DNA from: Lama guanicoe
Lineage: Eukaryota
Length of the DNA stretch: 53,082 bases
Direction: 5' to 3'
Assembly: GCA_013239625.1 (NCBI GenBank)
Contig: MU053594.1
Span: 2,856,127-2,909,208, forward strand
A program made the translations under genes and the position numbers. The notes beneath the pieces were generated by a model. That model searched no databases. It was not told where the DNA came from and was given only the letters and a program-made list of their open reading frames with translations. This document shows positions 24,891 through 36,243 of this stretch, piece by piece (position 1 is the first letter of the stretch; each line of letters begins with the position of its first letter).

Positions 24891-25681
24891 TATGGTGATC
24901 ATATACCCGGTGTATTTTAAATGAGAATACTTTTAAGAGGGTCAAGGTAGGATGTAAGTGTTAGGTATGTAAGAGATGCCGATCAAGAATTCAACTGAGA
25001 GAAATTTTTCGTGAAAGAGATGGCATTTGGAATGAGCAGGGACCGCGTGTTAGGCTTTGAGGCTATCAGGACCCTACCTAGCACTGGGGACTGGTACTAC
25101 CCAGCCATCAGTAGCCGTTAGTTGAGTCCCCCTTAATAAACACAGGTATTTCCAAGAAGCATTCTGAATTTTAGTTTATTTTCTTTTGTGATTTAAGATG
25201 AAGCAACACTGCCTCTTAAAACTGTACCTGAAAATAGACTCACTGTTACAGTGAGCTTCAGGGATAAATATCGAGACACTAGTGTGGCCCAGCTTCATGA
25301 AAGCTGTCATCTAGTTTTAGTGAAAAATGATTAAGGTCCTAAAACAGCTTTTTGCCTTTCAGAAATGGCTTCACAAATGCATTTGAAGATGGAATGTTAA
25401 TACATAAGAAGCAGGCAGCCGGCTGACCCTTAGACTCCCCTTGTACTTGTTAGCTTGTTTTAGAGCGCTCTTAATTATAAGTTGTAAATCGTAATCAGGC
25501 TGTATTGAGAGGCTAAATAGAAGGTTGTACTCTTACCCTTCTCCCTGTTTCCATATCCAAGAGAGTAAAATAAAACACATATATCTGCATTGCACTCAAT
25601 AAAAATAAACACTTAAGAGTCACATAAAATTGAGAAATACATTTTTAATTAGGAAACGCTGATTAAGATGGTCATTTTAAA

Positions 25682-25782
25682 TGAGTGTGTATATGTCCAT
25701 GTATGACTGAAAAATTATGCTGAACACTGGAATTTGACTCAACATTGTAAAATGGTTATAAATCAATAAAAAAGTAAAAAGA
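25682..25782 (+). mobile_element. ~100-bp 5'-truncated young L1 with TSD
   Basis: tgtatgactgaaaaattatgctgaacactggaatttgactcaacattgtaaa..aataaaaaa; 17-bp TSD aagat(g/t)gtcattttaaa at 25665-25681 and 25783-25799. Confidence 0.75.
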
Positions 25783-26498
25783 AAGATTGTCATTTTAAAA
25801 ATTACAAAGATTATTTGTGTTTTTGTTTCCTTTTGTAAAAGATGTTTTTCTTTTTAAATTATGTGAGAGCTGAGATGTCTGTTTTTACTGTGGAGTGCTA
25901 AGTGTTGGAGTTTTTTTTTTTAATCAATACTTAGATTGCCAAAATCATGAGGCATCTCTTGCCATGCTTATTATATGTAGATCTTTAAAAATGACAGACT
26001 GTAAAACATGTACATTGATAAATCCACACTGGAAAAAAAGATTTTAACTTCATTGTGGATTCTCCCCCAACACTGCCATCAGATCTACTTATTTAAAACT
26101 ATTATTGTAAGATGGGAAATGAGTTATTATGTGTTAAAATCCTTTGGGATTGCTTTTAAATGCAGAACATTTTTCAAATAACTTAATTAACCTTTGGTCT
26201 ATGCTAACCACAGCAAAAAGAAGTTTGCAAGGTTGTGAAGCAACTAAAATTCTCCAGCAGTCTTGTTGAATATGTAAATTGATACAACCACTTTAGAAAA
26301 TTATCTGGTAGTTTTTTATAAGATTAAACATACACCTACTTTGTGACCCAACAATTTTGCCATGAGGTGTTTATCCAAGAAAAATGAAAACATAGGTCAT
26401 AAAAAGACTAGAAGAAAGCTGTGATTTTTATAGAAATTTTTTAGAAAGTCTATATTTGATCACCTGACCAAAGATCTGTGGCGTTTGATCTGCTGCAG

Positions 26499-26660
26499 GG
26501 AAAGCCGGTCTGCTATCATAGACACATGTGCATTTCTGTCATCCATGTGCACCAGTAGGACCCTGCTAATTGACGAACAGGTAGAACTCAGAAGAGGCCT
26601 GCAGAGGCAGGAGCGGCATCTTTTTCTATTCAATGACCTGTTTGTTGTGGCCAAAGTCAA
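26499..26660 (+). CDS. ARHGAP20: ARHGAP20 coding exon 3 (start of PH domain; ESRSAIIDTCAFLSSMCTSRTLLIDEQVELRRGLQRQERHLFLFNDLFVVAKV)
   Basis: Acceptor ctgcag, donor AA|gtgagt; 162 nt; PH-domain motif ERHLFLFNDLFVVAK. Confidence 0.93.
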
Positions 26661-27859
26661 GTGAGTATACTCTATACACTCTCTCCTGGTTATCGTTATA
26701 AAATTGCATTTCCACTGACAAAGGCAACCTTTCTGTTCTTTGCTTACTATGAGACTGTCTGGACTCTGTTACCATAACTAATATCTGAAGTGAGTTTTAC
26801 ATTTGGTTTGGTTTGGTTTTGAACAGAGTGTTTCAATTATTTATTCATTCATCAGGTGTTCATTTAGACCCCAGTCTGTGTCATGTTCTCTATAAATATG
26901 GGATGCAAAGAAGACTGCGATGGACATGATCCTTGCTTTTGTATTTTTATGTGTAGACATTGTCTTCATTGTTATTTTTAGCAGCTTATTCTTTTAAACA
27001 CTTTTTAGAATCCTAAGCATTACAGTTTGGACTCCAGACATTTTCTCCTAAGACACTGAGGTAAGCCTCGATTGCCCGAATGTCCCTTCCCTTTCCTTCT
27101 ATACACTGTGGGCCTCTGAATTCTTACACATAAACAAGGACTCCTTTCTCTGAGTCGTTGTGCAGAGGTGGAAATGAATACTGTGCTTCGAACACGTGAT
27201 GTTGTAGAACTCAGCCTGATTGGCCAACCATTTTACATTACACCTGTCATTGTTACTCCATAATCAAGATGCTGTCCAACTGGCTTGTAAAACATTCACT
27301 CTGCCTACTTCCAGTCGCCCAGCACTCTAGACTGAGTGTGTAGTGTCAGCATGGTAGCCTGGGTTCAGATCCAGCACATTTTGCTGTGATAACACAGAGC
27401 AGTGAGAGCCGACTGGCCAGTATCCCATTTACTGGAGGCCTAGTCCACAGCTCTGCAGGTCTGCATGGCAGGAGGAATCAGCTGCCCAGTATCCGAAGTG
27501 ATTTCTTGGGATCAGTAGAGTCTCTCTCAGTCTCTGCTCCCTTGATGCTTTCATTCTAATGTGTGGGGGCAGACATTACAAATTGTACTTAGTGTTGAGA
27601 AGAAAATAGGGTGCTGGTTGAAGTGAAATCTGGGATATATGTTAGGTAGGTTTAGTCAAGGGGAAAAAAAATCGATGAAGGATAAAAACAACCAGCCATT
27701 CAGATATTAGGAAGATGGGCAGAGGAGACAGCAGGTACAAAGGTGGTGGGGAAAGCTTTGCCCTTTGGAAGAGTTAAAAGGAAGCCTGTCACTGGAGCAT
27801 GATAAGCAGGGGAAATAGGCAAGGATCAGCTTATCAGGACCTTCGGGGGCTGCTTTAAT

Positions 27860-28372
27860 TGCCTATTATCATATAACAAATTATCCCAAAACACAACAGC
27901 TAATGAGTATGAATGTCTTTGGACATTTTCTCTGAGTCAAGAATCTGAGAGTGGCTTAGCTGGTGGTTCTGGCTCAAAGGCTCTCATGAGGTTGCAGTCA
28001 AACTGTTGACTGTGGTTACAGTCAGGTCAGAGCTTAAATGGAGCTAGAGAATCCCCTTCCCATCTCACTCGTGGGGGCTGGCAGGCCTCAGGTCCTCAGC
28101 GGCTGTTGGTCCAGGGCTGTAGGTCTTGTCCAGGTCAGTCTCCTCAAAGTGAAAGATCCAAGAAGGTGAGGAAGAGAGTACATAAGGGAAAGAACACCCA
28201 AAACAGAAGCTGCAGTCTTATAACCTGTTTTGGCAGTTGCATACCATCATTTCCAGTGTCTGCTGTTGGCCATAGAAACCACCTTGGTGCAGTTGGGAGG
28301 GAACTACACAAGGGTATGAATATCAGGAAACAGGTGTCATTGGGGACCATCTTGGGGCCCAGGTACCACAAA
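27860..28372 (-). mobile_element. MLT1-type (ERVL-MaLR) solo LTR remnant
   Basis: taacaaattatcccaaaac..tggcttagctggtggttctggctc..tctcatgaggttgcagtcaa..cattggggaccatcttgg..taccaca. Confidence 0.7.
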
Positions 28373-28844
28373 GGCTATGATGGGAGTTTGGATTTTATTC
28401 CAAAGGGTTTTAATTAGTTCATAGTTTTAAAATATTGTTCTGGCTATGACAGATAATGGATCAGAGGGTTGGCAAGAGTAGAAGCAGGGAGACTCGACAG
28501 GAGGTTATTGGCCTAGACCTGATAAGAGATAGTGAGGGCCTTAACTGGGGAAATGGCAGTTACATGAAGGATACCGACATATTTGGAATATACTGTAGAG
28601 GTAACCAAAAGAATTCACTTTTCACACAACACTAAATGCCAATGCAGTTAACATCCAGCCTAGAAAACAGTGGTTGCAACTTGCTCCATCCCCCATTCTT
28701 ATTGTTTATGAAACATCCTAAAAGGTAAGAGTCGTTTAACAAATCCAGTCTCATCAAAGAGATTGTTAGTCACTAGAGAATAGTAAACACTCTTTTCTAC
28801 TATTCACATCCTCTCACCTAATTTACGCAGTGTCATAGATAAGA

Positions 28845-29220
28845 CATGGGTGGGGAGGAGATCCAGACAGTGGAGTAGGAGGACGGTGAGCTCATCTACC
28901 CCCGGGAACATGTCAAAAGTACAGCTACATGTGGAGCAATTCTCACTAAAAAGCTGGAGACTGGCAGAAAGACTTTTTTCTACAATCAAGGCTGCGAAGA
29001 AAGATCTGCAAGGAGTCAGGTAGAAAGGGAGGAGAAGCAATCAGGTTGGGGCCTCCACCCCTTGGAGGGGACACAGAAGAAGAAGGGGATCTCATGGGCT
29101 TGCAGATCTTACCTGGGGAGTGAGCAGTTTGAACCATATATTGGGCACCCTAGCCAATACCAACAAGACAGGTCCCTTTGAAAACCAGTAGGAGGGCTGT
29201 AAGAAACTGAGAGTCCACTC
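28845..29220 (+). mobile_element. L1 5' UTR fragment
   Basis: gagtaggaggacggtgagctcatctacc..acagctacatgtggagcaattctcactaaaa..ctggagactggcagaaagac. Confidence 0.55.
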
Positions 29221-30363
29221 ATGTAGAATGAAGCCATTGTGCCACAAAGCACTTTACTGTTACACTTAAGTGGTGTGCCCTACAGGAAGCATAGATGAGG
29301 CTTTGAATCTAGACTGTCCTTCTTGTATATAGTTCCTGCAAATCCCCTTTCAGTTTATAAATCCTGCTGAAGAATTTTAGCTTTTAAATATTCCATGAGG
29401 AGTTTTAGAGTTACTTTCCTGTGAAGTATCTGGGATTTCGCTTTAGCTTCTGGTGTTTCCACAAATGGCTCTGAATGATAGGAAATACCCAGGTTTCCAG
29501 AATGTTCTTTTTATCCTTCCCAGTGCCTTCCATTTAAGTCTCGGGTTCATTACGAGCATTAAATCTGTGAACTATGCCAAGAGATAGAATGGTTTCAATA
29601 CCAAGGTTCTAAGGAGGATTAGGTAGAAATTGTCCGAAAGCAATTTCATTGCCATCTTAAAGAAGATCAACTTCTGGGTCTCCAGGGATAAATATTAATT
29701 GTATCAACAACTTCTTGGTATTTTTTTTTAGTTTAATTTAGAGTCTATTTTTAGGCTACAATTTTTCAATTTTAGTAAAAATACATGGGGAAATGGTATG
29801 GACAAAATCTTAAGAAAGGAAATTTAAAATAATCTTTGCTTCTAAAGACTAGAAAATCTTATAGCTGCCCAGTTGGAAATGCATTATAAATTTCTGTAAT
29901 TAATTCCAGGTTATATTTTTTAGTGTATCTATTGCTCTTAAGGGTGAAAATTTTATAAATATTTTTTGAATAATGTTTTTTTAACTCTTTTGTTCAACCA
30001 CTAAAATATTTTTGGAAGTAAGCAAGTTGTAAATAGTAAATGAATTAATTTTTTTGTAACAGCAGTAAGTTTAAAATTAGGGGGTTTGATCCAAATGCAA
30101 TGCTCAATATAGAAGAATAAAGTCACAGGTGTATGACTATTTGCTGTCATAATACACCAAACGTCTCAAAGGCCTTTTTGGGCCAAGGTAGCCAACCATG
30201 TTACCATTTACCGTGGTAGGCACCGAAGATAAAAACAGTAGTGAATAAGACATTCTTTGCCCGTGATTAGTGAGAACTGTCCTCCTATCACAAGTGCTGA
30301 AGTTGTCATAAAATTTAACAAGCCGAATTACAAGAAGTCCCTGTCTGGTTTTTATCTTTCTAG

Positions 30364-30507
30364 ATACAACAACAATCTTAAGATAAAAAAACAAATAAGA
30401 TTAAGTGATATGTGGGTAGCAAGCTACATGGATGAAGTGGAAGAAGACAGCGCCATGGAATCCTTTATCCTGGGCTGGCCCACCATCAACTTTGCGGTCA
30501 CTTTCAG
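30364..30507 (+). CDS. ARHGAP20: ARHGAP20 coding exon 4 (PH domain; YNNNLKIKKQIRLSDMWVASYMDEVEEDSAMESFILGWPTINFAVTF)
   Basis: Acceptor tttttatctttctag, donor AG|gtgaga; 144 nt; lies within ORF 30257..30511. Confidence 0.94.
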
Positions 30508-31794
30508 GTGAGAGCCGCAGCCGGTCCGTGGGTTGGCTGCTGCGAAATACCGTCAGCTATGGAATGTCCAGGGTGGAGGAAAAAAATTAATCAGATTTTG
30601 TTCCAGTTTTGTTCTTCTGAGTTTTTATTTAAAGGAAATATTTTCTTCTGATTGATCTGTTCTGAAGCCAGTGACTCATCTTTTGATACACCCCACTGAA
30701 GGCTCCCGTATGCCTTATATTTTTTCCCAAAGAGCTTTTTATTAAAATATGTGAAATATATTGGTAAATACTGAGAACTCTTGGAATCATTATCTTGGTT
30801 TGAGCGGTGATTTCTAAAGGGGCTACCGAAACATCTCAAGCACTGTGAAAGAGGAAGGGGGTGGTCAGAGCTCTAGGACCCCATCTCCAACATCCCTTCC
30901 CTCGTGGTCAGGTATTGCTTTATATATTGAGCTTTCAACTTGGCTTTTCAAACCACTGAAGCAGACCTTTACTGAAAAAAATTTTATAAAATACTCCAAT
31001 TAAGTTTGAATAACTGGTTTATACTCCCAAATTTTCTAAAAAAATTAATTATAGAAATGAATGTCATGAAATAATGTGGTTCCTGAATTGTATATCATGT
31101 TCTGATTTAGTGTCTATAGAGATGTGACAATCAAAAGCAAATACATGATACAAGGAGTGAAAGTCAGTTTCCTAAGACTCACTCCTTGGTGGGGATGGAG
31201 TCGGAGAATGTATGAACAGACAATCTTTGTGCTGTCATCCTGAACATGCTAAGTTGGCACTTTTCACATCAAGGTGAGCCAACCAGAACTCTAACTTGTG
31301 ATTTTGAACAACTGCATCCTCAAGTGCAGTGTAATGTTGAAAAAGCTTGAAAGAGCTGGTTTTCATCACATGCACACAATGTTTTTCTTTCTGCTTCTTC
31401 TCTCCTCACTACCATCAAACTCCTCAGGCATCATCTTAAAGCTAGAGAACTAAAAATTTTTAAGCTATTAATTGTTTGATAAAGGAAGAGCATGCCATTA
31501 AGTTCTGTTATGCACAACTGGCCCACCAAAAGATTTTAAGAACTCATTTGGAAGAAAGCATGTGTTTGTATCATTCTCAGCATATCTTCTTTTCCATGAC
31601 AGATTTCTCTAGATATTATCATTTCCTATTGTTTAATCTTCTTGGAGTTTACAGCTGAAAGGAAGTGATTTCAAGTGAGGGCTGGGACTACATGGCATCT
31701 TTAATCAAGGAGTTTTTTCATGAAACTTTTCTTAAGAAGAATGGAAAATGTAGAAGCAAGTTATACAATACATTATAATTCCTGGAAAAGTACA

Positions 31795-33260
31795 GCAGTT
31801 TAACCAAATGTTTAAGTTAACATTACTAGTGATGTTGTGTGAATATCTGCCCCTTGAAGAGCAATTCACTCCTGTAGCATCTCTCCCCAAAACCTCAGTC
31901 TCATCATGAGAACTGAATCAGAGAAGCTTAAATTGAGGGATGTTCTGTAGGGTTACCTAACCAGTAAGCCTCAAAACTGTCAAGGTCAACAACAACAAAA
32001 ACAGGAAAAGACATAGAAACAGTCACTAAGGAGACATGGTAACTGAATGCAATGTGGTATCCTTTGGATGGATCCTAGGACAGAAAAAGGACATTAATGG
32101 GAAAACTGGTGAAATCTGAACAGTCAGGATTCCTGTAGAGGAAACGAAAGCTAGGCGTGAGATATACAGAGACTTTCTGTACTATGTTTGCATTGTTTCT
32201 GAAATTTTTAAATTATTTCCAAATTAAAAGATTACTTTTGTTTAAAAAAAAAAGTAGTGTTGAAGAGTTCAGACTCTGGTTTGGCAGAGTGAGGTCTCAA
32301 CAGGCTGACCACTCTACAGATAACAATTGTAAACTCTAAGCAAAATACAAACAACAACAAACCACCTGAGGGTCCTGAAAAGTGAGCAAAAATTGGCATA
32401 TTTTGGAGAAGAAATGAACCTTGGAATGAGGTAGCAACTCTGGGTGAGTTTCCTGTTTTTAAGGCATTAGCCTGAGGGCAGGCTGCAGGCATACGGTGGT
32501 GCAGGAAAACCAAACTGACAAAAAGCCACAGTCTTTCTGGGCTCCAGAACCGAAGTACAGAGTCTGGGTCAGCCACTACCATAGGAACATGAGGGAGGAA
32601 ATCTCAGAAAGGAGAGTATCAGAGACGAGAAGCTCCAGAATTTTTGTTTAGACTGTGCCCCAGCCTCTGGCTGAAGGCTGAACCGCACATGCATGGCACA
32701 GACTTAAAGCAGTCTGGAGCTAAGGCTAAAAAAATCGAACCGAGGTGCTGCTCAACACAGGTGAGATAAAGTTTTCAGCTTGAGTCTAATAAAGTTAGTT
32801 GTCTGTTAAAACAAAAGCATCAACAGTATTTAGCAAATATAACATAGCTCAGAGTCTCCAAAACAAAGCATTCCTAATGTCCAGAATGCAATCTAAAATT
32901 TCTTAACATAGGAAAAACCTAGAAAGGAAAAGATAATAAATAAAAGCCAGTCCTCAGATAACTCATATGTTGGAATTACCATAAAAGAACTTTCAAGCAG
33001 CTCTTATGACTATGCTCAGTGGGTAAAGGGAGAAGCCAATTAAAATGAATGAAAAGATGGGAAATCAAAGCAGAGAAATAGGAAATATTTGTAAAATCCA
33101 AATGAATAATCTAGATCTAAAGCTGTAATATCTTAAATTTTTTAAAAAAAATCCCCCCTGTGGCCTTAGTTGCAAAATGGAAATGAAAGAGAAATGAGTC
33201 AGTGAATTTGAAGGTACATTGATAGAAATTGTCCAATCTGAGGAATAGAGAAAACAAAGA
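31795..33260 (+). mobile_element. Old L1 fragments (L1MC-like 3' end, then a 5'/ORF1 remnant)
   Basis: aactgaatgcaatgtggtatcc..ggatggatcctaggacagaaaaaggacattaatgggaaaactggtgaaatctgaa; later gagtcagtgaatttgaaggtacattgatagaaattgtccaatctga. Confidence 0.65.
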
Positions 33261-33689
33261 TTTTTTTTAATGCCTTGGTGCTTAGGAAGAAGCCTCTGCA
33301 CCTGCTCCTTATAACCATTTCCTCCAGGGTCTTCTGTTTCCTTAGGTACCTCAACTGAATGACATGTGGTTTCCAGCTAACTCTTAATCACCTCCCAAAT
33401 TTGAGGGGATCTTCCCAAACTGTCTTCCCCTTTTTCTTTCTCTAAGGTACACTGCTTGCTTCTCTCCTGGCTCTTATCTTAGGTGTTTATGAAACACTGA
33501 AATAACCTTGATTTGGGAGTACTTCTGTTTTTAGTTCTACAAAAATGCCTGAGATTAGGAATTACTAGGGAAGGAAAACCCTGAATTCTTGCTTAGAGCA
33601 AGAGCTAGGGGAAAATGCAAGAAGATTACCAAAGTAATCTCAGTGAATTAATTTGTTTGTTCATAATTTGCTTATTTTAAAGTAAAGTA

Positions 33690-34050
33690 TGCTATATATT
33701 CAAACAGTGGGACACGAAGCAGCACTGAGGATGGATGAGCTAAAACCACGTGCAATAAAATGGATAAGTCTCACAAACACAATGTTAAATAAAAGAATAA
33801 AATATTGCATGCTATATGGTTATATGTATATAAAGTGCCCAAATAAACAAAACTATTGTGTTTTATTAGAAGTCAGGATAGTAGCAACTAGTGCCTGAAA
33901 AGGAACACAAGGAAATCTTCCAAGGTGGTTTTTTGTTTCTTAATCTGGGAGCCTGTCAAACGGGGTGTGTTCAATTTGTGAAAATTCTTCAAGCTGTACA
34001 ATTAAGCATTGTACAAGTTCTCTCTGTGTATCTTATATATCAATAACAAG
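33690..34050 (+). mobile_element. Old L1 3' UTR remnant (L1MC/ME-like)
   Basis: tggataagtctcacaaacacaatgttaaataaaagaa..agaagtcaggatagtag..caatttgtgaaaattcttcaagctgtaca. Confidence 0.6.
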
Positions 34051-34789
34051 TTAAAAGTTTATAATACTGATTGTTTAAAGGGACAGTTTTATTTAATTGC
34101 TTTGAAAAAGGTACAAGTCTAAAGAAAAACTTACCTAATTTTTTCAACATAGATTTTTTTGCCAAATAAATGCAGTATTTGACATAAATGAACCTAGAAA
34201 ATCTTCTGTTCAGGGAAGGAGAAGGCATCAAAGATTGTAAGGGACTATGAAAGATGAAAATTGGTCAGTGGCAACGAGATGTAATGAACTTTCTGATGAC
34301 CAATCCTGGGAGATTGCTCATGGAGAAAATTGTTAAACAACAGAGTTAGAAACCAGTTACAAATATCTGTTAAGTGTATTTTTCTGGAGCAAGAAAGTAA
34401 CTGAGGTTTCCAACTTCTTGAAGATTAGAAATATGATTTTAAAAGCTACTGAGTAACAAGACTATGTAGAAATAAACTTTAAATTATTTTTAACTTTAAG
34501 AATTAAATACAGCAGTGACTTCAGAAAAATTATTAATCAATAGTAATTTAGTTGTAAATAAGTTGATCTTAATCAGAGGATTACAGTAATTAAGAATAAA
34601 TTTTCTATGAACTAAATAACTGAATTATAGTTCTGCCATATGTATAGAGAAATAAATGTTTCCTTTCCTGACAACAAACTGGTTTCTGAGCCAAAATATC
34701 GCTATCAGTATGCCAAATTTCTCCTTAATCTCTTTAATCTCAAATTAAGCATATTTTCTGTTTGCATGACACTTAAAGCTACAAAAACA

Positions 34790-34930
34790 CTCTTGAGATA
34801 ATTAGCCCAGTTTTACAGATGTGGAAACCAAAGCTTAGAGATATTAAGTGATTCGCCCATGATAATATGTCTTGCATGTATTTTTGAAGCCAGGTGTTGG
34901 AATTCCAAATCAAGTACTTTCTCCACTATA
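34790..34930 (-). mobile_element. MIR remnant
   Basis: cccagttttacagatgtggaaaccaaagcttagagatattaagtgattcgccca. Confidence 0.6.
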
Positions 34931-35202
34931 AGGATATTACTTGTAAGAGAGCCATAAAGTAAGAAAGTGGATCTTTCTTGGCTCCTTCCAAGAAACTAAA
35001 ACCTGACTGTGTAGTTTTTCCTAACAGGGATTTTCATTTCTGGGTTCTCCAGAGCACAGGTTTGCCCAGGGTTGCAGCACTACCGTGCACCCCTGTCAGC
35101 AACAATGGGCTGTTGATATTTTGTCTGGATTGATGCTCTTAATTTGTTAGGATAAGTATTCTACGCGGTTTAATTGTCCTCTCCCATTTTCTTTCATTGC
35201 AG

Positions 35203-35244
35203 TTCTCCAGAACAAACGGGCAGATGGTTCTATCTCTTTCAGAG
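35203..35244 (+). CDS. ARHGAP20: ARHGAP20 coding exon 5 (PH C-terminal helix; SPEQTGRWFYLFQ)
   Basis: Acceptor ttttctttcattgcag, donor AG|gtattt; 42 nt; conserved PH tryptophan present. Confidence 0.88.
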
Positions 35245-36158
35245 GTATTTTTTCAGTATACATATTTTTAATCTTTCAGGTGTAGTTAAACGATTAAATT
35301 CTTCTCTGCAGGAATGTGCCCCAAACTATTCCCCTTCCTCTTAGTGGAAATTGTTCATTTGTCCTCAGAATAATCTGAGGTTTAGACTGTATGCCAAGCT
35401 ATGTGCTGCAATTAATGTTCTCTCATTACATGTATTTCTTACTTTCTAGGAAGGAGAACATTGAGGTCTGGATCATATTAGACAGAATTTAGTTAATAAT
35501 CTCTCCCATCTCTTTCTTTGTCTCCAACCTGTCACTTGCAGCTAAAAGTTTCCTCAACGCATGTATTAAGTTTCCACACATGGAGGGTTTTCTGCTGAGC
35601 ACCTCAGAATTCAATTATTACCCCTACCTCTGAGCATACAGACTGAAATGGTCAATTTAGATCCATCTCTGATTCCCGTGGACCTTCCCCCTTCCTCCCT
35701 GCTCCCCCTTTCCAAACACTGGGGATAACCAAGATGCACACTCCCTTGGAGAGCTCAGTGAGAAGGGAAAGGCCACTGCTTTGGTTTGGTCTAATAAAGT
35801 GTTATAAATGCTCCTGTGCCAATGAGCCAGGTTCTGGGCCTGTCCAGGGAAGGCAGGGAAGCTTTGATGATAAAACATCACCCAGAGCTGCCTTAACCTG
35901 ACTCTGCTTCTCAAGCCTTGCTTGGAATGGATCTTCTCTGTTCTTTTTTGTGCCCATGCCTAATGTCCCGAGAATTTTTAAAGTGGTCTTCCAACCCATA
36001 ATGTAATCTGACTTTGCTGAGTCTTTCCACCTGTCTTTTAAAAAATAGCATATAAGTATATTGAAAAATATTAGCAAAAATAGATTGATTTAAAAATAAG
36101 CTGTTAGCAAAATCCATCTGACTCAGTCTTGTTTTGGGTTGTTGTTGCATTTGATTAG

Positions 36159-36243
36159 ATACATCGATCTAGAGAAAGAAAAGGACTACCCGAAGAGCAT
36201 TCCGCTCAAAATCATCACCAAGGACATTGGGAATTGTGCCTAT
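36159..36243 (+). CDS. ARHGAP20: ARHGAP20 coding exon 6 (YIDLEKEKDYPKSIPLKIITKDIGNCAY)
   Basis: Acceptor tttgattag, donor TAT|gtaagt; 85 nt, phase 2 to 0. Confidence 0.94.
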
